Below, one piece after another: positions 53,151 to 64,000 of a DNA stretch of 64,000 nt. The notes under the pieces are model-generated. The model had not been told where the DNA came from. It did no database searches and saw nothing but the letters and a program-made list of their open reading frames with translations. How positions within the stretch are numbered: the first letter of the stretch is position 1; every line of letters starts with the position of its first letter. A program made the translations under genes and the position numbers. This DNA is from Microthyrium microscopicum (lineage: Eukaryota): NCBI GenBank assembly GCA_010405405.1, contig MU004241.1:558001-622000 (forward strand), read 5' to 3'.

Positions 53151-54169
53151 ATAATAATAAGGAAAAGAATAGTAAGAAGGTTTAAGTTTAAAGTAAAGTT
53201 TGTTTAGCTAATTAATTAACTAACTTAAATAGTATAATAGTTAGTACTAAATAGAAAAAGGGTTTAGAATAAAGAGATTATATAGGTAAGAAAATTTAAT
53301 AAAAAAGGATATATAAGAGGGTTAGACTAAAAAGATAGATAAAATAGTACTATTACTAGAAAAGTTAATTTACTAAGCTAGTAATTAATAATATAAAGTT
53401 GTGTAATACGTCTCTAGCGTAATATTATAACCTATTAGTTATATAAGATTAGCTAGCATCTTTGCTTAGTCTTAGTACTAGCTATTTAGAATATTTAGAA
53501 ATGTCTAGTACGTCTAGAAATATCTAGTAAGTAAAGGTATATTATATATATAATAAAATATTATTAAGTAATATTTTTAGAAGTTAACTCTACTACTTAA
53601 GTCTTAGAATACTAAGTAAAATTAAACGCTAGTTATTATTAGTATAAATTTAATGCTAAATTTACTACTTATATACTAAGAATGTACCTATATCTTTAAA
53701 AGTTAATAAAGATAAAATAAGTATAGAAGTTAATATATTAGCGTAACTCTTTTAGTATTATGTATAATAATAGAGAGAGGTAATTAGATATAGATATATT
53801 TAACTTATACGTTTTAGTCCCTTAGTATATATTTAACTTAAATAAGTTATATTACTATTCTTATAGACTAATCTTCTTAAACGTAGGTATATTAAGTCTT
53901 CTAAATAGTATATAGTTCCTCTTTATTATAAACCTTTATAATTGCCTCTAAAGGCTCTTTAATTAAGTATAAAGGTTAATATTAGTAATAAAAACTCTAG
54001 TAAGAGAATTCTCTATAAATAGTTTCTTTACTAGTATAAGATCTACTACTTATCCTAGTTATAACTATACTATATATAAAATGCTTATAATAGAAGATAA
54101 GATAATTACGCTTTTTGCTATATTTTTATTTTTAGCTATCCTTAAAGCTATAAAAAGAGTTATTACTCT

Positions 54170-57100
54170 AATATAGTACGAACGTAGTTTATAAAATAAA
54201 ATAGATAAGGCTAATAAGTCTTAAAAGTCTAAGAATAGTATATAATATATAGTTAATAAAGTTATTATATATTTATAATAAAATCTAGGATATCTAGTAG
54301 GTATACTTATATTAGCCTATAGAACTAATGAAAGCTATAACTAGATTAATAAGTATAAGCTACTACCCTAAGATACTATTAAAATAGAGTACTAATATTA
54401 TTATTTAAGGAGAGAAAAGCTCTATAGAGGAGTAAAGCTATAGAGTTAACTAAAGAAAGAACTAGAATTTACTAATTAAGTAGTTTCTAGTAGTATATTA
54501 AAGAATAAAGTAAATAAGTTATTCTAAGGAATAGTCTTTAAAAGTAAAATACGTAACTTACTTAGTTAGAAGGTAAAGGATTATAAATTGCTAATAGAAA
54601 ATATTAATAACCTTAAAGGCTTTATACCTAGCTAATAAGAAGTAATACTTAAGGGGCTACTATATAATAAGATAAAAAGCATTAAAAATCTTCTAGGTAG
54701 TAAAGTTAAAATATACTTTTAAAGTATCTTAGAGATTATTAAATTCTTTATCTTCTATAAGCCTTTTACTAAAGACCTTTACTTTAAGCTTATAATATAA
54801 AAGAATAAAGACAATAAGCATATCTATATTAATGCTTAATTAGTAGAAAGGTAATAAGAATTATAAAATAAAGTTAATTTAGGTATTATGCTTATCTCTA
54901 TCTACTAAGAGTTAGATAAGACTATAATATCTAAATAATATAGTAATAACTATATATAAGCTTACTATATAACTATTTTTAATCTATTAGAAAGTATTAG
55001 AAGAGTTATAAAAAGACTAGGATTTCTTTTTATTATAGTACTCTTTAGGCTAAAAGGTATAGACGTTAATAGTAAACTTAAGATATTTTATAATACTATA
55101 GATATTATATTTAAAGGTTTAATACTACGCGTTTAAGTATTATAAAGCTATTTACTAATAAAATATAGAACTTAGAATAGTTCCTAAAAGTAATTATATT
55201 ATAGTGACTACTAATAGCTAATTTTAAAGGTATCTTCTAATTCTTACTTATATAAGTATAGATTATAAAGAGCTTATTATAATTATAAGTATTTAGTTTA
55301 AATATTACTATTTTATTTACTTAGTACTATAACTATATTAGTAAGACCTTACTAGTAAATAGGCTTATTAGACTTATATAACTTTATAAAAGAATATATT
55401 AAAGTAGGAAGTACTTTGCTACGCTAATTAGAAAAGAAAGTATACTAAGTAGCTTACTACTATTAATAATACTAAAGGTAAAGACTATATTTATAAAATT
55501 TATAATTTTGCTTAGAATTATCCTTTATTAAATATTTATATAGTAATCACTTTTAATTTACTATATATATTCTTTTTAAATAGACTAGTTAAGTAAATAA
55601 TAGACTAGATAGCTTAAATTATTTTAGAAAAGAGAGTACTAGTAATATCTATAGTACTAGTAGCTAAAATAAAGAATAATAAAGCTATATAGAAAACCTA
55701 TACCTATAAGATACTAAAGACTAAGAGGAAGAATAATAATATACTAAAGACTAAGTAGAAGAAAAAAAAGAAGAAGTTTATATTTAGCGTAAAAGTAAAG
55801 TCTATAATTAATTATAGGTTTCTATAGTATTTTATTTATTTAGGCTTTCTAAGAATAGCCTAAGGCTATTATAACGTTTAATAGAAAACTAGCCTAGAAT
55901 TATAAGTACTTTTAAAGTAACTTATAGCTACCTTAGTTCTACTCTTAATCTTAAAGGACCTAATTATAATAAAATTTATTAAAGCTTTAATAAATATTAT
56001 TATACTTTCTAACTATAAGTTATATAATAAGAATATACTTAAATATATATAAGTTTATTTATAAATTATAGAATATACTAAAATAGTAATATATAAGCAT
56101 AAGACTTCTTAAGCTAGATTTAAAGAGCTTAATTTCTCTAAGTTTTATAACTTAATCTATCTTATACTATCTATTTATATATTTAGTACTATAGATAGAA
56201 CTAGTTCTAGTATTATAGAAAAGTTATATTAGGAGTATATTATACTAGTAGTAAAATAGACTAACTTTTAATTTAGTTAGTACGTTTAAATAATCTACTA
56301 TTTTACTAATTATATTAAGAATATAATCTAGAATAATAATAATAACTATAACTATTAAGTTTATAATATTACTAAAAAGAAGATTACGTTTAAAGAAACT
56401 TATCCTATAATTATTCTATTAAGTATATCTAAATATAGTTTATAACTCTAATTATATTATATAGATAAGCTACGTAATAAGGGCATTTATAAATCTAGTA
56501 TACTTCTTACTAAGGATATTAGTAAATAGGCTAAGCTTAATGACCTTAAAAGTTATTTATATAGCTAGTTAATTAATCGCTATAAAGAAGACCTTAAGAA
56601 GCGCTAGTCTTTTTTAAAGCTAATACTATTATATATATAGGGTAAAGAAATATACTTAGATAAAAATCTTATTAATAATAGACTAGACTTTATATACTTT
56701 AGTAAAGTATTATATCTTAATGCTCTCTAGCTAAGTTACCTTATTATAATACTATATAGTAGTATAACTTACGTAATAAATAATAATAAGAATAATACGT
56801 AACTTTTTATAGCCTACTATAAATAAGAATAGTAGAAAGGTAAGGATAATAGTTAATAATATAGTAAAGTCTTAATTAAGAACTACTAGTAATATAACTT
56901 TATATAGGCTTAGGCCTATTTTATATCTAAGAAAAAGCTTAATAATAATTTTAGTCTTTTAGGTTAACTTTCTATATAACTATTTATTATTTATACAATA
57001 TATAATATAAATTAAATAATAAGAGATTTTAAATTATAGTATAAATATACTAGATTTCTTATAGCTTTAATTTAGGAGTATATACTAATCTTAAGAAAAG

Positions 57101-57590
57101 CTATAGAACTTATATTTAATAGGCTATTAGGTTTTATATTATTTAAGCTAGCTATAAAGTTAAAAGTATATAAACTAAATAAACTATTAACTATTATATA
57201 TATAGTTCCTTATAAAGACTTAAAGTATCTTAATTACTATTAGTTAAATTTATACCCTAATTATAATAATTATACTAAAATATATAACCTAGTTACTTTT
57301 AGTAAATAAGGAATTAAGGTAGCTAAGGCTAAAACTATAGTAAAATATAAAGCCTTAGAAAGAAAAAATAGAGAGCTTTATAAAGCCTAGATTAAAGTTT
57401 ATCTTAAGAAGCTTACTAATAAGATAAAGAGAATAAAGCGTAGTAATAGAAAAGAAGTAAAAAATAGAGAGAATAAACTAAATAGTAATAGAGAGGATAA
57501 GTAGAAGACTAGTAAAGATAATAAAAAAGAGACTAATAATAATAGTAAAGAAGATAATAGTAATAATAATAAAGATATATAGTAAAATAA
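54170..57590 (+). pseudogene. Plavaka-family (CMC/EnSpm-related DDE) transposase, spliced, RIP-inactivated
   Basis: Ordered motifs: IYF*SILEIIKFF..YKPF; HIYINA*LVER**EL*; ELDKT (SDKT, 54912); YYITIFNLLESIRR; 40-nt intron 55190-55229 restoring *NSS*K-YLLILTYISIDYKE (PILA...DYxE, 55261); YYFIYLVL (CxxCxVP); NFA*...NIY..ITFNLLY (DxLH); LNFSKFYNLIY...FSTIDRTSSSIIEKLY...*TN (KxH..H...FGT.D....ExLH, 56218). Confidence 0.85.
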
Positions 57591-57899
57591 AAGTCTAATA
57601 AATATTTTATTACTTAAGAGTTATATATTTTATAAACTACTAAGTATTATTATTATTATTATAATATTATCTTCTAAGTAATTTAGTTTTATTAGTATTA
57701 GTTATAGACTTAAATATAATAATTAGTATAATATAGAATATAATAAAATAAATTAACTTAAAAACTTTAGAAATATATATTTATATAGAATAGTATATAT
57801 ATAAGAGGTAAAATTATTTATTCTTTTTAATAGCTTTTAATTTATAATTCTTTAAATAAAATAATAGGCTATTAATTTTAAATCCTTTTTCTTTAGTAC

Positions 57900-58710
57900 T
57901 TATAGTAATCTAAACTTATTTTGCTTTTTTACCTTACTTTTAATATATATATCTTCTCTATACTTTACTTTAAGCTTCTATAAAGAGTTTATCTAGTTAC
58001 TAGACCTAAATATTACCTAATAATTATCTACTACTTATAGTAATAATTAAAATAGTAGCTATTTACCTTTATTATATATCTTTATTATCTTAGTTTCTAA
58101 TAACCTTCTTTATTTATAATAACTTACTTAGTTAATTAATAGCTTTATTACTACTTATTATAATACTATTATATTTTTCGTTTAATTTTACTATAAACTA
58201 TATACTATAATCTTTAAGATAACTAAAAATTATACTTAACTTTCTTAGTACCCTTATTTAAAGTATACTCTTATCTAAAAAATATAAATTATAAATACCT
58301 AGAATTCTAAACTACTCCTTAACTCCTTAAAGCTATTATATTAGCTAAATTAATACTTAAGTTAGAAAAGAATAATAATAATGCTCTAAACTTAGACGTA
58401 GAATCTTCTTTAGAAACTAATTAAACTAAACTTAAGTATAAAGTCTATTTAGACTTCTATACTACCTATTAGCAAAACCTTAGTTTTACTAAATAGACTA
58501 CTAGCTAACTTATAAATACTATATTATTAGACTTTCTTTAGTAAGATATAGTCCTAAAAGTAGATAAGCAAGTTATTACTATATAAGCATATAAAAACTA
58601 GATTCTTAAGTAGGGCCTTAGCATCCTTCTAAAAGTAGTTAAGCTATTAGTACTAATACTAATAATAGAGGAGGAGGTATAGGCGTAGTATTTTAATATA
58701 TATTAAGATA
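57900..58710 (-). pseudogene. RIP-degenerated low-complexity (P/Q-rich) ORF relic
   Basis: Minus-strand frame from ~58690 reads PIPPPL..., with many TAA/TAG where Gln codons would fit. No domain recognised. Confidence 0.3.
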
Positions 58711-60496
58711 TTTATAAGGCGCTAAATCTATAATTATCTATATAATATATACTATATTATAATTTAGTTAAAGTATAATAGAAATCTTCTCTTCTTAGCT
58801 ATAAATAGTAAAGCTTATAATAAAAAGATAATTATTATATAAAGATATAAGGTATCTCTTTTTAAATAGATAAAAAGAAAAAATAAGATATAGGTATAAA
58901 TAATATGCTATTTAAGAAAAATAAAGATAAGAGTTTAATGTAGGCTTAATAGAATTCGTAGTCCTATTAGAATATCTTTAATTTTTTTATCTTTAAGTAA
59001 ATAAGACTTTATAGTTAGAGCTTTTAGATCTACTCTTTACGTCCTAGTAAGTATAAAGCTAAGTTTCTTTTAGTATAGTACGTTCTAGACGTTAACGCTT
59101 AATCTTCTTAAGTTATTATAAATAAGTATATTAATATTAGTTAATTAGCTCTTATTTTACCTCTCTTATACGTTAAACCTACTCTACTAGTACTACTTAT
59201 TATTTTTTAGCTAGCTCTTAATTAATAATTACGTTAACTTTAGTAACTAATTAATTCTTATCCTACTATAAATAGTAATACTTCTTTTACTTAACGCTAT
59301 AAATATAGTAAAACTAATTAACTATATTTATAACTAATTTTCTAATATATTAGTATAAGATAGAAACTTAAAAAGTATAGCTTACTATATATAATAGTAG
59401 CTAGTATTTAGTTTAATTATTAATTTATAAACGTTATAATGCTATTAATTTATCTTTATAGCTAGTATAAGTATAGCTTATAAAGCCTTATCTTTAAGAT
59501 AGTTACTATATCTTATTAGTCTAGAATTATAATATCCTAGTATATGTTAAAAAGATAGTATCTATTATTTAGAATACTCTTAAAATAAGATATAAGAGCT
59601 ATTAATAAGGATAGAAGACTCTAAAGGTTTAAGTATCTTTCTATATTATATTATTAAAAAGATATAATAACTAAGCGCCTTACCTAGTATATTTAGCTTT
59701 CTTATACTAAATATATATCTAATAGAAGTATTTATTATATATTATAATATTAAGACCTAAAGCTATAAGTAGAGTAAGGAATTTTCTATAGCTTAATTTA
59801 CTATAATAAAGCTAATTCTTAGTAGTAAACTTAATAGCTACTAACTAAAAAGCGTTTAATTCTTTAGGTAATAGAACTAGCGTAATAAGCTTAATTACAA
59901 CTTTTTATTAATAATAACGTAAAGGGAAATAGTTTTTATCTTTAGTAGCTAGTAAGAAAAGCTTTTTTAGAAGATTTAGAAGTTATTATTCTTTAGTAGC
60001 TTAATAATAATATTATAAAAGCTTTTAATAGCTAAATAAAGAAGAATATTAGATAGTACTATTAATAGGTTTAGGGCTAAATATCTCTAAAGTTATAACT
60101 AAACTAAAACTTACTAGAATATTATTATTATTAAACTAAACTTAATTCTTATGCGTCTTATTTTCTACTAATATTCTTAATACGTCCTCTATATTCTACT
60201 ATACTTCTTCTTACTTATACCTATAGCTATTATATCCTATATTATATTTAGGTACTTATTACTATTATTTAAATTAAATAAGTAGCTATCTATAGTAGCT
60301 ATAATACGTAATAAACCTATAACTAAAATTAAGCTAAACTATATACTAAAGTAGAAAGTTATTAAGATTTTTAGACTTATTAATACTTTATTTAATATAC
60401 TCTAGCTTACGTTTATTAATACTATATTAAAGCGCTAGAGTACTAAAGCTAGACCCTCTTCCTAACTCTCTTAATTTCCTACTACTAAAGTATAGG

Positions 60497-60885
60497 CTCC
60501 TTTCTATCTTTAAATAAGTTTAAGTAATAACTTATAAAACTTAAAGTAGTATTATATTAATAATAAAATAGTATTAACGTAATATTATTTCTTAGAAAGT
60601 TAATATATAGCTATTATAAAAGTAGAATAGCTTTAGAGTAGTACTATAAAAGAATAATTATAACGCTAGTACTAAGGTAAATATTACTATATTATCTTAA
60701 TAATATTCTTATAAGTATTATACTATAAGTATATACTAATTATATAATAATAATAATAATAACGTATAGTAATATACTACTAAAATATAGATTCCTCTTC
60801 TTTTATAAATAAGTTTAAGTAATAACTTATAATACTTAAGGTAGTATTATATTAATAATAAAATAGTATTAACGTAATATTTTCT
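60497..60885. repeat. ~90-bp direct duplication, ~295 bp apart
   Basis: TAAATAAGTTTAAGTAATAACTTATAA.ACTTAA.GTAGTATTATATTAATAATAAAATAGTATTAACGTAATATT at ~60511 and ~60806. Confidence 0.9.
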
Positions 60886-62529
60886 TTAATAAAATCTTAT
60901 AAAAGAGAAACAACATATTAAATAAGAAGTAGAAGACTTATTAGTAATAATAGTAATTTATATAGATAATAGAATTTTACTCTAAAGTTACTACCCTAAT
61001 ATTTTTATCTATTATTTAGAAGCCTAGTAGTATTATAGTAAGCACTACTACTATACGCTCTATAAACCTAATCTATAAAACGTTATATACTTATATTATA
61101 GCTTATTATACTATAAAATATACTAAAGTTAGCTTTAGTAGTTTAAATTAAGTCTTTATAGATATTTCTAGACTTTTAAGTATATATAAACCTATATTTA
61201 CTTATAAAGTAGATTAGTATATAGATAATTATTATCTTATACCTACTTTATCTTATATCTACTACGTAGTTACTCTTATTATAAATCTATATTACTAAAG
61301 TAATTTCTAAAGTTAAGAATAAAGTTAAAACTAGGCTAGCTACTCTATCTAAGTAATATCTTATACTTTAGTACTCTAAGTATAAAAAATACTCTACTAA
61401 TGTTATTATCTACTAAGATAGTATATTAAAAAAATAATATAAAATAGCTCTTAATACTAAACTTTTCTAACTTTATAAATTATATAAAGGGCTCTATCCT
61501 ATTAATAATACTACTATAAGCCTTCTATATATAATACTTATTATTATAGCTAAATACCTTTATAGTTTCTATTCTACTAGCCTTTAAAATACTAGCTATA
61601 AAGGTAACTATTACTTCTTAGTATTTATATAAGAGTAGCTTACTATTTACTATAAAAGTTAAGACTTTAGTTATATACTAATAGGATATATATACTATAG
61701 AAAATTATAAATACTAGATAAGGTTTTTAAAGTAGGTAATTATATATTTAGTAATAGGGCTACTATTTTTAAACTATTAAGTAGGATATTAAGAAGGATT
61801 TTAAATATATAACTACTCTTAATAGTAATAAAGATTAACTTAACGCCTATTATACTCTACCTTAATATTTATTATTACTTACGCTATTACTTATATACTT
61901 ATTAGTCTTAGTTGTTTCTAAATAGATTATTTTTATTTTAAGCTTACTATTTAAAAACTAGTTCCTTATTATTATTCTTATTATTATAGACAATTAATAT
62001 ACTACTAAAAAATACCCTTAATTAAAGTAATTATACGCTTACTCTATTTATTTAGCTTATATTATCTTATAATAGACCTATACTACTAAAATATAAAGTT
62101 AGAGTTTATAAAGTTAATAGTAATATTATTACTTCTTAAGATACTTAAGTAAGGCTTTATAACTAACTTTAACTAGCTTTGCTACCTATATTCTAATTAA
62201 CCTATCTAGGATAGTAATTATAGTAATATTAAACTACTAAACTTCTTTATTAGTATAGGAGCTATATTTAGTATAAAAGTAATACTTTTAACTTAATATA
62301 TATTATTATAAAGGAAAGCTACTACTACCTAGCTTCTCTAAAGAATACTATATTTAGAGGCTATTATTACTATATATAGCTACGTTACCTTTTTTTACTT
62401 ATACTTCTAAAATACCCTAGAAGTCTAGGAACGTTTAAAAAAGTACTTTAAGTATTTACTACTTAGTATCCTTTATTCTTTATAAGGTCTACTTTATATA
62501 AGAAAAGGTTAGAAATATTATAGTAATAC

Positions 62530-63125
62530 TTAGTATATTACTCTACCTCTATTACTATAAAAGTTATCTCTATAGCTACTATCTTAACCCTTCTATATCT
62601 TTACCTTAACTACTATAAAACTTATCTTTATTGCTATTACCTTCTTCTTTATTATTATCTTAACTACTATAGAATTTACCTCTACTATATATTTTATATA
62701 TTTTAAAGCCTTTAATATTTTAGTTAGCTTTATAAATAAAGTAGTAAGATTATATTAAAGTTTAGAAGTAATAAAAAAAAAAGAGATAGAAATAAAAAAT
62801 ATAGTTAGGCTATTATTAAAGCTACTAAGTAAATACTAAAGGAAGCATAATTAATAATAATAATAATTACTATCTCCTTCTTTATTAAACTTACTTCTAT
62901 ATTAATTACTATAGAATTTACCTCTATAGTTGCTACCTTCTTTTCTATTAAACCTACTTCTACCTTAACTATTATAGAATTTACCTCTATAGCTATTATC
63001 TCTTTCTCTATTAAATCTACCTCTATCTTAACTACTATAGAATTTACCTCTATAGTTACTACCTTCTTCTCTATTAAATCTACCTTTACCTTAACTACTA
63101 TAAAATTTACCTTTATAGCTATTAT
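62530..63125 (-). repeat. 63-bp (21 aa) tandem repeat in two clusters, RGG-like
   Basis: TTAACTACTATAGAATTTACCTCTATAG recurs at ~62903, 62965, 63028 and 63091, with related units at 62540-62690. Minus strand GRGRFNREEGSNYRGKFYSS* reverts to about GRGGFDxEEGGNHRGEFHGGR. Confidence 0.85.
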
Positions 63126-64000
63126 AATTACTATAGTAAGACATAAAGAGCTTATTAAGTTAAAGAATATAAAAATTAAAGTAATAAGAAAATAAACCCT
63201 AAGTAAAGATTATTCTTAACTATATTAAAATAGTAAGTATCTAAAGATTTAATAGTTACTAAAGTAGTTACTAAGATATAATAATCTTTCCTTCTTAGTT
63301 AAGATAGTACTCTTTCTAAATTTTTCTTTTAGCTTTAACTTAATTTAATTTCTTCTCTCTTTCTTTACTTTACTTTCTACTTAGCCTAAGTATAAGGAAA
63401 ACGCCTATTAAAGTTATTTTAATAGCTTTTATATAGCATAATACTAAAGTACTACTATACCTAAAAAAGTACGTTTCTTTATAACTACCTAAGACTTTAA
63501 ATCTTACGTATAAAGTAAAAAAAACTCTATTTTTTTATATTATAGATACTTTTTATATAAGAAATAAAAAAGATTAATAGCTAAGCATAAATAGCTTATT
63601 TTCCTTCTTTACTTTACTTTCTATACTTATTTAGTTCCTTTAAATTAATTATATAAGACGTATATCTACTTTATAGTCTTTTTCTTTATAATAAATATAA
63701 TAGATAGAGTTCTAAGTAACTCTTACCTTCTTAAATTAGTAATAGACTATATATATTTATATACTTATTTACTATAAGAATATAAAGAAGTTATAAAGCT
63801 CTATCCTATTTACTATTTAGTTAATATTATACTATTATATATAGTAAAACTACTTTCTATAGACTTATATTTATTAAGATATAGAAGTAGCTATATAGTT
63901 TTATATAAGTAGATACTATTTCTTACCTATATATACTTAATAAATAGTTTTAGTTATATATAGTATATAAATAATATATATATAAATATTTAGTATAGCT

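Larger units (their letters stand above)
59000..63450 (-). pseudogene. RIP-degenerated spliced gene(s) with an N-terminal RGG-like repeat region
   Basis: Long codon-like minus-strand frames. Introns e.g. 59683-59641 (GTAAGG...TAG) and ~59385-59342. The 63-bp Gly/Arg repeats lie at the 5' end. May be more than one gene. Confidence 0.45.
8221..64000. other. RIP-degenerated AT-rich repeat compartment
   Basis: Abrupt compositional switch near 8230, with near absence of CA/TG and excess TA. Recognisable protein motifs have TGG/CAA/CAG/CGA codons read as TAG/TAA. Confidence 0.95.
27944..64000. mobile_element. Putative giant multi-gene DNA transposon relic with a Plavaka-family transposase and helicase/protease genes. 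Ends not defined.
   Basis: Uniformly heavy RIP across a dense array of non-retroelement gene relics. The only mobility gene I recognised is the Plavaka transposase at ~54170-57590. I saw no internal TSD or LTR junctions. Confidence 0.6.

Noticed and set aside
55442..55465. ATACTAAGTAGCTTAC as the right TIR of the hAT element
   Set aside because: Partial match only, it lacks the terminal CCCTG and TSD, and it lies inside the Plavaka coding frame.
57900..63450. TET/JBP dioxygenase or Argonaute next to Plavaka
   Set aside because: Looked for because of the known Plavaka-TET/JBP linkage and the RGG repeats, but no convincing HxD...H or PIWI motifs were readable.
8221..64000. Mitochondrial insert, AT-rich contaminant or alternative genetic code
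   Set aside because: Specific CpA/TpG loss, spliceosomal intron signals and nuclear TE motifs with stops at Trp/Gln/Arg positions are all explained by RIP.
27944..64000. Starship or Helitron
   Set aside because: I recognised no DUF3435 tyrosine recombinase or typical Starship accessory genes, and the SF1 helicase is UPF1-like with no HUH Rep motifs. A captain outside the window or in the gap cannot be excluded.

Overview
Filamentous ascomycete genomic DNA in two sharply separated compartments. Bases 1-8220 are GC-balanced and carry PRM1, a 23-25 bp minisatellite, an orphan RRM-like gene and a divergent Prp43/DHX15-like DEAH helicase that is cut at 8221. Bases ~8221-64000 (assembly gap 26949-27943) are extremely AT-rich, nearly free of CpA/TpG and full of TAA/TAG, the signature of repeat-induced point mutation (RIP). 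I translated this part by hand, reversing RIP-type transitions, so those protein calls are reconstructions of dead genes. It holds a nest of transposons: hAT, a young 1.1 kb non-autonomous LTR element, Ty3/Gypsy, and a full-length Tad1-like LINE with a spliced antisense Cys-rich ORF. After the gap is a block of at least 36 kb of RIP-killed genes: a Plavaka-family transposase, a SNF2-like ATPase, a UPF1/DNA2-like SF1 helicase, a possible Ulp1-like protease, and several unidentified spliced or repeat-rich genes. RIP acts on repeated DNA, so this block was most likely a multicopy giant mobile element. That is the main candidate for an undescribed system. Coordinates in the RIP region are approximate unless a junction is quoted.
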